This document shows, one piece after another, positions 1 through 12,399 of a DNA stretch of 64,000 bases; positions within the stretch are counted from its first letter, which is position 1, and every line of letters begins with the position of its first letter. The position numbers and the translations under genes were made by a program. The notes under the pieces were generated by a model that ran no database searches, was not told where the DNA came from, and saw only the letters and a list, made by a program, of their open reading frames with translations. This stretch comes from Squalus acanthias (lineage: Eukaryota), in contig CM059431.1 of NCBI GenBank assembly GCA_030390025.1, forward strand, positions 150,104,001-150,168,000. Direction: 5' to 3'.

Positions 1-122
1 TGCCTTGATGGGTACAGCTCCAACAACACTCCAGATGATCGACATCACCCAGTACAAAGCAGCCTGTTTGATTGGCACCAAAACCAGGACCTTTAACATT
101 CACTCCCTCCATCGCCAGCGCA
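1..122 (+). mobile_element. Fragment of a second non-LTR retrotransposon family (LINE family B), ORF2 C-terminal region
   Basis: 'tttgattggcacc...tttaacattcactccctccatcgccagcgca' resembles the reverse complement of 49620-49690 (IGTSCTTLNIHSLHHWRTV) inside the LINE at 49255-50575. Confidence 0.6.
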
Positions 123-555
123 TCGGGAGAGAGAGAGATTTGGGGAGAGAGAGGGACGGGGAGAGATAAAAAGCAGAGAGAGAGAGACTGGTGAGACAGA
201 AGGAATTAGGTTGAGAGACAATGGGGAGGGGGTGAGAGTCTGTGGGAGAGAGAGACTGCAGAGATGAGAGAGACTGGGAGAGAGAAAGACTGGGGAGAGA
301 GCGACTGGAGAGAGAAGACTGGGGGAGAGAAAGACGGGGAGAGAGAGAGAGATTGGGGAGAGAGAGAGACTGGGGTGAAAGACTGAGAGACTTGGGAGAG
401 AGTGAGGGTCTGCTGAGAGAGAGAGAGAGACTAGAGGAGAGAGATTGGTGACAGATACGGGAGAGAGTGAAACTGGAGAGAGAAAGAGAATGTGGAGAGA
501 GACATAGTCGGAGAGAGATAGACTGGAGAGAGAGAGACTGGGGGAGAGAGAGAGA

Positions 556-1799
556 ATGTAACTGGTAGAATAGATAAGGGAGAACCAGTGGATGTGGTGT
601 ATTTGGACTTTCAGAAGGATTTCGATAAGGTCCCGCATAAGAGATTAGCGTGCAAAGTTAAAGCACATGGGATTGGGGGTGAGGTACTGATTTGGATAGA
701 GAACTGGTTGGCAGACAGGAAGCAAAGAGTTGGAATAACCGGTCTTTTTCCAAGTGGCAGGCAGTGACTAGTAGGCTACGACAGGGATCGGTGCTAGCAC
801 CCCAGCGATTCACAATATATATTAATGCTCTAGACGAGGGAACTAGATGTAATATCTCTGTTTGCAGACGACAGAAAACTGGGTGGGCGTGTGTGCTGTG
901 AGGAGGATGGAGAGAAACTCCAGTATGATTCGGACAGGTTGGGTGATTGGGCAGATGCATGGCAGATGCAGTATAATGTGGATAAATGCGAGGTTATCCA
1001 CTTTGGTGGCAAAAATAGGAAGACAGATTATTATCTGAACGGCAATAGATTGGGAAAAGGGGAAGTGCAACGAGACCTGGGTGTCCTTGCGAATCAGTCG
1101 CTGAAGGTAAGCATGCAGGTGCAGCAGCCGGTTAAGAAGGCAAATGGTATGTTGGCCTTCATAGCGAGAGGATTCGAGTAAAGGAGCAAGAATGTCTTGC
1201 TGCAGTTGTACAAGGCCTTGGTGAGACCACACCTTGAGAATTGTGTGCAGTTTTATCGACTTATCTGAGGAAGGATGTTCTTGCCATGGAGGGAGTGCAG
1301 CGAAGATTTACCAGACTTATACCTGGGATGGCAGGAATGAAATATAAATAGAGATTGGGTCGATTAGGCTTATATTCGCTAGAGTTTCGAAGAATAAGAG
1401 GGGATCTCATTGAAACTTATAAAATTATAACAGGACTAGACAGACTAGATGCAGGAAGGATGTTCCCGATGGCGGGGGAGTCTAGAACCAGAGGTCACTG
1501 TCTAAGGATAAGGGGTAAGCCATTTAGGACTGAGATGAGGAGGAATTTCTTTACCCAGAGATTGGTGAACCTGTGGAATTCTCTACCACAGAAGGCAGTT
1601 GAGGCCAATTCATTAAATATAATCAAGAAGGAGATAGATATATTTCTTAAGGCCAAACGGATCAAGGGATATGGGGAGAAAGCAGGAACAGGGTACTGAA
1701 TTTGGATGATCAGCCATGATCTCATTGAATGGCGGAGCAGGCTCGAGGGTCCGAATGGCTTACTCCTGCTCCTATCTTCTATGTTTGTATGCTTCTATG
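556..1799 (+). mobile_element. 5'-truncated, degenerate CR1 LINE (RT domain and 3' end)
   Basis: ORF pieces 'QGSVLAPQRFTIYINALD', 'WQMQYNVDKCEVIHFG' and 'LYSLEFRRIRGDLIETYKI...RRNFFTQR'. Ends in a CR1-type 'tcttctatgtttgtatg' tail. Confidence 0.92.
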
Positions 1800-2269
1800 A
1801 GATTGGGAGACAGTGTGAGAGAAAGGGAATGGAGAGAGTGAGACTGGGGAGAAGAGATAATGGGGAGAGAGAGACAGACTGTTGGAAAGAGAGACTGGAG
1901 AGAGATAAACTTGGGGAGAGAGACTGGGGATAGAGAGATTGGGGAGATAGAGACTGAGAGAGAGAGAGAGAATGGGGAAAGAGTGTGATTGTGGTAGAGA
2001 AATACTGGCGAGAGAGTGAGACTGGAGAGAGAGAGAGACTGGGGGAAAGGGAGAAACTGGGGCAGAGAGAGAGAGAGAGAGACTGGGGGAGAGAATGACT
2101 GGGAAGAGAGAGATAATAGGGATAAGGAGAGAGACTGTGCAAGAGAGAGACAGGGAGATAGAGAGAGAGAGAGCGATAGGAGAGAGACTAGAGAGAGAGA
2201 GAGAGAGAGAGAATGGAGAGAGAGAGAGACTAGGAGAGAGAGATAGAGACTTGAAGAGAGAGAGATCAT

Positions 2270-2597
2270 AACAACATAAGAAAATAAGAAATTAGAACAG
2301 GAGTAGGCCATACGGGGCCCCGACAATGCTCTGCCTTTCAATCAGATCATGGATGATCATCGATCTCAACTTTCTCGCCCGATCTCCATATCCCTTGATT
2401 CCCAAAGAATCCAAAATACTATCTATCTCAGCGTTCAATATACTCAAAGACTCAGCAGTCACAACCGTCTGGGCCAGAGAATTACAAAGATTCACAACAC
2501 TCTGACATAAGAAATTCATCATCATCCCGGTTTTAAATGGCTTACCCCTTATCCTGAGACTATGCGCACTAATTCTAGACACACATGCCAGGGGAAA
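2270..2597 (-). mobile_element. CR1 3'-end fragment
   Basis: Reverse tail 'aacataagaaaataagaa'; ORF 2292-2582 'HSLRIRGKPFKT...VVNLCNSL'. Confidence 0.88.
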
Positions 2598-5496
2598 GAA
2601 CTGGTAGAGAGAGAGAGAGAGAGACTTGGGGTGAGGGAGAGACTGGCACAGAGAGAGAGGCTAGGAGAGAGAGAGAGACTGGAGAGCGAGAGAGATACTG
2701 GAGAGAGAGAGACTGGGGTAGAGTGAGAGACTGGTGTGAGAGAGAGACAAGGGAGAGCGATTTGGGAGAGATAGAGAGAGAGACTGCGGGAGAGAAAGAC
2801 TGGAGAGAGAGAGTGACTGGGGGAGCGAGAGAGTCTGGGGAGAGAGACAGCGGAGAGAGAGAGACTGGAGATAGAGAGAGACTGAGGGTGGGAGAGGCTA
2901 GGGAGAGAGAGAGACTGGGGAGATAGACTAACTGGAGAGAGAGAAACTGGGGGAGAGAGAGACTGGGGAGAGAGATAGACTGGAGAGAGAGAGAGACTGA
3001 GCGAGAGAGAGAAGAGGGAGAGAGATACTATGGAGAGCAATATTGGGAGAGAGCGAGTGAGGATGGGATAGAGCGTGACTGCGGGGAGAGAGAGACTGTA
3101 GCGAGAGAGACTGGGGGAGAGAGAGACTGGGGAGAGGGAGACACTGGAGATCGAGAGAGACTGAGCGAGGGAGTGACTGGGGAGAGAGAGAGACTGGGGA
3201 GAGAGATAGGCTGGAGGAGATTGAGTCTGGGGGAGAGAGACGTAATTGGGAGAGATCGAAAGCAGACACAGAGAGACTGGTGAGAGAGATGGAATGGGGG
3301 AGAGAGACAATGGGGAGTTTGTGAGAGATTGTGGGAGAGAGAGTCTGCAGAGCGAGAAATACTAGCAGAGAGAGATAGAGAGACTGGGAAGATAGAGACT
3401 GTAGAGAGAAAGAATGGGGGAGAGAGAGAATGGGGATAGAGAGAGAGACTGGGGGTGAGAGACTGGGAGACTTGGGAGTATGAGAGAGGGACTGGGGAGA
3501 GCGAGACTGGGGAGAGAGAGAGACTGGAAATAGAGAGAGACTGGGCGAGGGAGTGATGGGGAGACAGAGAGACTGGGGGGAGGGAGAAGCTGGGTGAGAG
3601 TGAGACTGCGGGAGTGAGAGGTACTAGGGAGAGATCGAAAGCAGAGAGAGAGAGACCTGTAAGAGAGATAAAATGGGGGAGAGAGACAATGGAGAGAGTG
3701 TGAGAGACTGCTGGAGAGAGAGTCTGCAGAGAGAGAAAGACTGGCAGAGAGAGAGAGACTGAGGAGGGTGAGATACTGTAGAGAGAGAGACTGGGGAGAG
3801 GGAGACTGGGGAGAGAGAGAGACTGGGGGTGAGAGACTGCGAGAGTTGGGAGAGAGAGAGGGACTGGGGAGAGAGGGAGAGGCTGGGGAGAGGGAGACTG
3901 GAGAGAGAGAGAGACGGGGGTGAGATAATGGGAGATTTGGGAGAGAGAAAGGACTGGGGAGAGAGAGAGAGACTGGGGGAGAGAGAGACTGGAGAGAGTT
4001 TTTGGAGAGAGAGAGACTGGGGAGAGAGGGCGAATGGGGAGAGAGAGAGAGAGACTGTCGGAGAGAGTGGAGAGAGAGAGACTGGGAGAGAGGGACTGGG
4101 GAGAGAGTGAGAGACTGGGGGAGAGAGAGACTGGAGAGAGATTGGCGAGAGAGAGATTGGGGAGAGAGGGCGAATGGGGAGAGAGAGAGAGACTTTCGGA
4201 GAGAGAGATGAGAGTGGTGAGAGACAGAGAGAGAGTGGTGAGAGAGGGAAACTGGAGGAGAGTGAGACTGGGGGATTGAACGACTGTAGATTTAGAGAGT
4301 CTGCGGGAGAGAGAGCTTTGTCGAGAAAGAGGTACTAGGGCTGAGATAGAAAGCAGAGCGAGAGCGACTGGTGAGAGAAATGGAATTGTCGAGAGAGACA
4401 ATGGGGAGAGATTAAGATACTGTGGGAGAGATAATCTGCAAAGAGACAGTTACTGGGAGAGAGAGAGACTGAAGAGAGAGAGAGACGGGGAAGAGAGAGA
4501 CTGGGGGGGAGAGAGATTGGGGAGCGAGCGAGACTGGAGAGAAAGAAAGTCTGGAGAGAGAGCAACTGGAGTAGTGAGAGTAAGACTGGGGAGAGAGACT
4601 GGAGAGAGAGAGAGACTGGGGGAGACAGAGAGACTGCAGAGAGAGAGAATGGGGGAGAGAGAGAGAATGGGGAGAGAGGGAGACTGTGGGAGAGAAAGAG
4701 ACTGGAGAGAGAGAGTTTGGGGAAGAGAGAGAGAATGGGGAGAGAGAGAGACTGTGGGAGAGAAAGAGACTGGAGAGAGAGAGATTGGGGGAGAGAGAGA
4801 ATGGGGAGAGAGAGAGACTCTCGGAGAGAGAGAGACTGAAGAGAGAGAGAAACTGGGGGAGAGAGAGACTGGAGAGAGAGAGAGACGGGGAAGAGAGAGA
4901 CTGGGGAGAGAGAGAGATTGGGGAGCGAGCGAGACTGGAGAGAAAGAAAGTCTGGAGAGAGAGCAACTGGAGCAGTGAGAGTAAGACTGGGGAAAGAGAG
5001 TCTAATAGAGAGAGAGAGACTGGGGGAGAGAGATAGACTGCAGAGAGAGAGATTGGGGGAGAGAGATAATGGGGAGTGAGGGAGACTGTGGGAGAGAAAG
5101 AGACTGGAGAGAGAGAGATTGGGGGGAGAGAGAGAGAATGGGGAGAGAGGGAGACTGTGGGAGAGAAATAGACTGGAGAGAGAGATTGGGGGAGAGAGAG
5201 AGAATGGGGAGAGATAGAGACTGTCGGAGAGAGAGAGACTGAAGAGAGAGAGAAAATGGGGGAGAGGGAGACTGGTGAGAGAGAGAGAGAGAGACTCTGG
5301 GAGAGAGAGAGAATGGAGAGAGGGAGATTGTGGGAGAGAGAGAGAATGGGGAGAGAGACAGACTGTCGGAGAGAGAGAGACTGAAGGGAGAGAGAAACTG
5401 GGGGAGAGAGAGAGACTGGAGAGAGAAAGAGAGTCTGGGAGAGAGAGGCTGGAGAGAGAGTGAGACTGCGGAGAGAGAGAGATTTGGAAATTGAGT

Positions 5497-8400
5497 GAAC
5501 ATAAGAGCATGGGAAAATAATAAATAAGAACAGGAGTAGGCCATAAGGTCCCTCGAGACTGCACCGCCATTCAATGAGAACATGGCTGTTCATACATCTC
5601 AACTCCACATTCCCGCCCGATCAGCAATTATCTTGTTTCCCCTAGAGACCAACAATCCATCTAAATCAAAACTCAGCATTCACAGCCTTCTGGGGCAGAG
5701 AATTCAAAATTTTCACAACACTCAGTAAGAGTAGGGAAGTTGGTAAGAAAGGTGGAGGAGTAGCATTGTTAATCAAGGATAATTTAACAGCGGCAGAAAG
5801 GCAGTTCGAGGGGGATCTGCCGTCTGAGGTAATATGGGCTGAAGTTAGAAATAGGAAAGGAGCGGTCACGTTGTTAGGAGTTTTCTACAGGCCCCCAAAT
5901 AGTAATAAAGATGTGGAGGAAGAAATTGCAAAGCAGATTATCAATAGGTGTGGAGGTCACAGAGTAGTTGTCATGGGTGACTTCAACTTTCCAAATATTG
6001 ATTGGAACCTTTATAGGTCAAACAGTTCGGATGGGATAGTTTTTGCACAGTGTGTGCAGGAGGGTTTCCTGACACAATATGTGGATAGGCCGACAAGAGC
6101 TGGGGCCACGTTGGATTTGGTACTGGGTAATGAACCGGGCCAAGTGTTTGATTTGTATGTGGGAGAGCACTTTGGAGATCGTGACCACAATTCGGTAACT
6201 TTCACTATTGCAATGGAGAGGGATAGGGCCATACGGCAGGGCAGGGTTTATAATTGGGGGAGGGGTAATTATGATGCGATTAGGCAAGAATTAGGGAGTA
6301 TAAGATGGGAACAGAAACTATCAGGGAAAGGCAAAAACGAAAAGTGGAGCTTTTTCATGGAGCAATTACTGCGTGTCCTTGACAGTTATGTCCCTGTCAG
6401 GCAGGGAGGAAATGGCCGAGTGAGAGAACCATGGTTCACAAAAGAGGTTGAATGTCTAGTCAAGAGGAAAAAGGAAGCGTATGTAAGGATGAGAAAACAA
6501 GGTTCAGTTGGGTCGATTGAGGGGTACAAGGTAGCAAGGAATGAGCTAAAAAAAGAGCTTAGGAGAGCTAGGAGGGAGCATGAGAAGTCCTTGGCGGGTC
6601 GGATCAAGAAAAACCCCAAGGCTTTTTACTCTTATGTGAGAAATAAAAGAATGACCAGGGTGAGGGTAGGGCCGGTCAAGGACAGTAGTGGGAACTTGTG
6701 CATGGAGTCAGAAGAGATAGGAGAGGTGATGAATGAATACTTTTCGTCAGTGTTCACCGAGGAGAGGGGCCATGTTCTTGAGGATGAGAGTGTGATAAAG
6801 GTGGATAGGTTGGAGGTGGTAGATGTTCTGAGGGAAGATGTTTTAGCAATTTTGAAGAACCTGAGGGTCGATAAGTCCCCTGGGCCAGATGGGATATATC
6901 CTAGGATTCTTTGGGAGGCAAGGGAGGAGATTGCAGAGCCTCTGGCTTTGATCTTTGGGTCCTCACTGTCCACGGGGATGGTGCCAGAGGACTGGAGAGT
7001 GGCGAATGTTGTTCCTCTCTTGAAGAAAGGAAATAGGAATGACCCTGGTAATTATAGGCCGGTTAGTCTTACTTCGGTGGTTGGTAAGATAATGGAAAAG
7101 GTCCTGAGGGATAGGATTTATGACCATTTGGAAAGGGGCAACTTAATCAGGGATAGTCAACACGGATTCGTGAAGGGTAAGTCTTGCCTAACAAATTTGA
7201 TTGAATTCTTTGAGGAGGTAACTAAGTGTGTAGATGAAGGTAGAGCAGTTGATGTCATATACATGGATTTTAGTAAGGCGTTTGATAAGGTTCCCCATGT
7301 CGGCTCATGAAGAAAGTAAGGAGTTGTGGGATAGAGGGAATTTTGGCCGATTGGATAAGTAACTGGCTATCTCATAGAAGGCAGAGGGTGGTGGTGGGTG
7401 GAACATTTGCGGACTGGAGACCAGTTACCAGCGGTGTGCCACAGGGGTCGGTGCTGGGTCCTCTGCTGTTTGTGATTTTTATCAATGACTTGGAGGAGGG
7501 GACTGAAGGGTGGATCAGTAAATTTGCTGATGACACCAAGATTGGTGGAGTAGTGGATGAGGTGGAGGGCAGTTGTAGGCTGCAAAGAGACATTGATAGG
7601 ATGCAGAGCTGGGCCGAAAAATGGCAGATGGAATTTAACCCTGATAAGTGCGAGGTGATTCATTTTGGTAGGACAAATTTGAATAAGGATTACAGGGTCA
7701 ACGGCAGGGTTCTGAGGAACGTGGAGGAGCAGAGGGATCTGGGGGTTCATATCCACAGATCTCTGAAGTTTGCCACTCAAGTGGATAGAGCAGTAAAGAA
7801 GGCCTATGGTGTGTTGGCGTTTATTAACAGAGGGTTTGAGTTTAAGAACCGTGAGGTTATGCTGCAACTGTACAGGACCTTGGTGAGACCACATTTGGAA
7901 TATTGTGTGCAGTTCTGGTCACCTCACTATAGGAAGGACGTGGAAGCATTGGAAAGAGTGCAAAGGAGATTTACCAGGATGCTGCCTGGTTTGGGGGGGA
8001 GGTCTTATGAGGAAAGATTGAGGGAGTTAGGCTTTTCTCTTTAGAGCGGAGGAGGATGAGAGGCGACTTAATAGAGGTTTATAAGATGATGAGGGGGATA
8101 GATAGAGTGGATGTTCAGAGACTATTTCCTCGGGTAGAGGCAGCTGTTACAAGGGGGCATAACTATAAGGTGCATGGGGGGAGATATAGAAGGGATGTCC
8201 GAGGTAGATTCTTTACTCAGAGAGTGGTTGGGGTGTGGAATGGACTGCCTGCTGTGATAGTGGAGTCGGACACTTTAGGAACTTTCAAGCGGTTATTGGA
8301 TAAGCACATGAGCACACCAGAGTGATAGGGAGTGTGATAGCTTGATCTTGGTCTCGGACAATGCTCGGCACAACATCGAGTGCCGAAGGGCCTGTACTGT

Positions 8401-8528
8401 GCTGTACTGTTCTATGTATCTATGTATCTACTCTCTCTTATGAAATTCCTCCTAATCTGAGTCTTAAATGGCCTACACCTTATTTTGAGACTATGTGCCC
8501 CAGTTCGAGACACTCCAGCCAATGGAAA
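5497..8528 (-). mobile_element. CR1 3'-end fragment split in two (5497-5723 and 8436-8528) by the younger CR1 insertion
   Basis: Joining the halves restores the sequence seen uninterrupted at 9480-9600 ('cacaacactc'...'ttatgaaattcctcct'). Confidence 0.85.
5724..8430 (+). mobile_element. Young CR1 LINE, truncated within the APE endonuclease; ORF2 nearly intact with 1-bp frameshifts near 7299 and 8030
   Basis: ORFs 5766-7310 (YRPP, MGDFN, TLDLVL, DHNSV, KSPGPDG, NYRPVSLTS, QHGF, DFSKAFDKV), 7307-8044 (GVPQGSVLGP, FADD) and 8056-8325. Tail 'ttctatgtatctatgt'. Confidence 0.97.
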
Positions 8529-9262
8529 CGACTGGTACAGATAGCGAGACTGTGGGAGAGAGAGAGTCTGAAACAGAGAGAGAGGCAGGGGGAGAGAGTG
8601 AGAGAGCAAATGCGGGCGAGAGAGAGATACTGGAGCAGAGAGAGAGAGACTGAGGATGAGAGGGAGACTGGGGCAGAGCTAGAGAGAGACTGTGGAGAAA
8701 GAGAGGGAGGGGATAGAGAGAGTTAGACTGGGGAGAGAGAGAATGGGGAGAGAGAGAGAGATTGTGGGAGAGAGAGAGACTGGAGAGAGAGAGACTGGGG
8801 AGAGAGAGAATCGGGAGTGAGAGAGAGACTGCGGAGAGAGAGAATGGGGAGGGCAGAGAGAGACTGTCGCAGAGAGAGAGACTGGAGAGGAGGAAATAAT
8901 TGGGGAGAGAGAGGGACTGAGGTGAGAGAGAGACTGGGGTTTGGAGAGACTGGGGAGAGAGAGAGCCTGGGGAGAGAGAGACTGGAGAGAGTTACAGACT
9001 GGTGAAGTGAGAGAGACTGGGGAGAGAGAGAGACTGGAGAGAGGGACAGCCTGGGGAGAGAGAGAGAATGTTGAGAAAGAAAGACAGGGGGTTGGAGAGA
9101 AACTGGGAGAGATTTGGAGAGACTTGGGCCGAGAGAGAGACTGGGGGAGAGTGAGACTCGTTAGAGAGCGATTGTGAGAGAGAGAGACTGGAGATAGAGA
9201 GAGACTGAGGGAGAGAGAGAGACTGTGAGATAGAGAGAGAGAGAGACTCGGGAGAATGAAAG

Positions 9263-9600
9263 ATAATAAGAAGATAAGAAAATAAGAAATAAGAACTGGA
9301 GAAGGCCTTACGGCACCTCGAGACTGCTCCGCCATTCAATGAGACCATGGCTGATCATACACCTCAATTCCACTTGCCCGCCCGATCTCCAAATCACTTG
9401 TTTCCCCGAGAGTCCAAAAATCTATCTAACCCAGTCTTGAATATATTCAAAACTCAGCTTTCACAGCCGTATGGGGCAGAGAATTCCAAACATTCACCAC
9501 ACTCTGAGTTATGAAATTCCTCCTCATCTGAGTCTTAAATGGCCTACCCCTTATCCTGAGACTATGTGCCCTAGTTCTAGATACTCCATCTAAGGCAAAT
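9263..9600 (-). mobile_element. CR1 3'-end fragment, paralogous to the split copy at 5497-8528
   Basis: Shares 'ccgccattcaatgaga..catggctg..cataca' and the same truncation point. Confidence 0.88.
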
Positions 9601-11407
9601 AACTATTTGAGAGAGAGAGAGAGAATGGGGGAGAGAGAGAGTCCGGCAAAGAGAGAGAGACCAGAGGAGAGAGAGAAAGCGATTGGCGGCGAGCGAGAAA
9701 GAGTCGGGGATAGAGAGAGACCAGAGAGTGAGAGAGACGGGAGAGAGAGAGACTGGAGGTGAGTAAGACTGGAGAGAGAGAGAGACTGGCTGAGATTAAG
9801 AGACTGGGGAGAGAGAGACTGGTGAGAGTGAAACTGGGGGTGGCAGGGAGAAGGGGGAGAGAGAGAATGGATGTAAGAGAGACTGGAGAGAGAGAGAGTG
9901 ACGGGGTGCGATAAAGAGACAGAAGAGAGAGAGACTGGGGAGACTGAGATTGTTGAGACATGGAGACTGTGGAGAGAGAGACTGGAGATAGCGAGAGAAT
10001 GGGGGAGAGAGAGAGACTGGGGAGCGAGAAAGATTGGAGGAGAGAGAGAGAGTGGAGGGGAGATAGTGAGACTGGGGGAGAGAGAGAGAGACTGGGGGAG
10101 AGAGAGAGAGAGAGAGAGAGATACTGGGGAGAGAGAGAGACTGGGGAGAGAGAGAGAGAGACTGGCAGAGAGAGAAACTGGAGTTGAAGAGTGATGGGGA
10201 GAGAGAGACTGGGAGAGAGAGAGAAAGGGAAAAAAGAGAGACTGGGGAGAGAGTGAGACGGGGGGAGAGAGAGAGTGACCGGAGAGAGAGAGAGAGAGAC
10301 GGGGGGAGAGATTGAGACGGGGGAGCGAGAGAGACTTGGGAGAGAGAGACAGGACATAGAGACGGACAGGGGAGAGAGAGACTGGGGAGAGAGAGACTGG
10401 GGGAGAGAGATGGACTGGAGAGAGAGGAGATGGGGTTTAGAGAGAGACTGGGGATAGAGAGAGAGACTGGAGAGAGTTATTGACTGGGGGAGAGAAATAG
10501 ACTGGGGAGAGAGAGAGATTGGGGGAGAGAGAGAGATTGGGGAGGGAGAGAGACAGGGGTGAGATTGAGGTACTGGGAAGGGATACATTGGAGAGAGAGA
10601 GTGGGGCAGAGAGAGACTGGGGGAGAGTGAGGGAGACTGGGGGAGAGAGAAAATGGAGAGAGAGAGACTGGAGGAGAGAGAGAGACTGGAGGAGAGATAG
10701 TTAGACTGAGGATAGAGAGAGACTGGGGGAAAGAGATAGAGTCTGGGGAGAGAGATAGCGACTGGGGGTAGAGAGAGAGACTGGCGGAGGGAGAAACTGG
10801 AGATAGAGTTACTGTCGAGAGCGCGACTGGGAGAGAGAGAGAGACCTCGGAGATAGAAAGACTGGAGAGAGAGGGCCTGGGGGAGAGAGAGAGAGAGACT
10901 GGAGAAGAGAGAGAGAAACTGGGTGAATTGGAGACACTTGGGAGAGAGTGAGAGATTAGGGTGAGAGAGAGATTCGGCGAGAGAGAGATACTGGGGAGAG
11001 AGAGAGACTGGGGAGAGAGAAGACGGGTGCTAGAGAGAGACTGGAGAGAGAGTGATTGGGGAGAGAGAGAGAGACTGGAGAGAGAGAGTCTGGGGCCGAT
11101 AGCACAGACTGGGGGAGATATAAAGACTGGGGGTCAGAGAGACTGTGGGAGAGAGAGAGAGACTGGAGATTGAGAGAGACTGGGGAGTGAGAGGGACTGG
11201 AGATGGAGGAGACGGGGGCTAGAGAGAGACGGGAGAGAGAGAGAGTGACTGGGGGAGAGAGATGGACTGGGGAGAGAGAGAGATTGGGGGAGGGACAGAG
11301 ACTGGAGAGAGTGAGGGTCAGGGGGAGAGAGAGAGACTGGGGGTGAGAAAGACTAGTGAGAGAGAGATTGAGGGAGAGAGAGACTGGGGAGAGAGACTGC
11401 AGAGAGA

Positions 11408-12399
11408 ACATAAGAACATAAGAAATAGGAGCAGGAGTAGGCCAATCGGCCCCTCGAGCCTGCTCCGCCATTCAATAAGATCATGGCTGATCTGATCCTA
11501 ACCGCCAATCTACTATCTATCACAGAACCATCTCCTGCATCTAACAGAATTGCACACACGAAATAGGAGCAGAATCAGGCTACACGGTCCCTGCGCCCGC
11601 TCCACTACCCACAGGGCCATGACCGATCCGAACCTAGACTCATGTCCAAATTCCTGCCCGCTCCCCGTAACCCTTAATGCCCTTTACTTCTAGGAAACTG
11701 TCTATTTCTGTTTTAAATTTAATTAATCTTGTAGCTTCTACAGCTTTTTGTGGCAGCATATTCCATGGACCTGCCACCCTCTGAGTGAAGTAGTTCCTCC
11801 TCATCTCAGTTTTGAAAGAGCAGCCCCTTATTCTAAGACTATGTCCCCTAGTTCTAGTCTCAGCCGTCATCGGGAACATCCTCCCCGCATCCACCCGATC
11901 CAACCCCTTCACAATCTTATATGTTTCAATAAGATCGCCTCTCATTCTTCTGAACTCCAATGAGTAGAGTCCCAATCTACCCAACCTCTCCTCATATGAC
12001 CACCCCCTCATCCCCGGGATTAACCGAGTGAACCTTTTTTGCACTGCCTCGAGAGCAAGGATGTCTTTCCTTAAGTAACGACACCAAAACTGTATGGAGT
12101 ATTCCAGGTGCGGTCTCACCAATACCTTGTACAACTGAAGCAATACCTCCCTATTTTTATATTCTACCCCCCTAGCAATGAAAGTCAACATTCCATTTGC
12201 CTTCTTAATCACTTGCTGCACCTGCATACTAACCTTTTGAGTTTCGTGCACCAGGACCCCCAGATCCCTTTGCACTTCAGTACTCTCCAGTTTCTTGCCA
12301 TTAAGATAATAAATTGCTCTAGGATTTTTCCTGCCAAAGTGCATCACCTCACACTTTCCAGTGTTGTATTCCATCTGCCAAATCTCTGCCCACTTACTT
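11408..12399 (-). mobile_element. Young 5'-truncated CR1 with an intact 244-aa ORF2 C-terminus and a doubled 3' tail region
   Basis: ORF 11640-12374 (KCEVMHFG...RPHLEY...RRMRGDLIETYK...FTQRV). Tail 'aacataagaacataagaa' at 11408. Confidence 0.95.
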
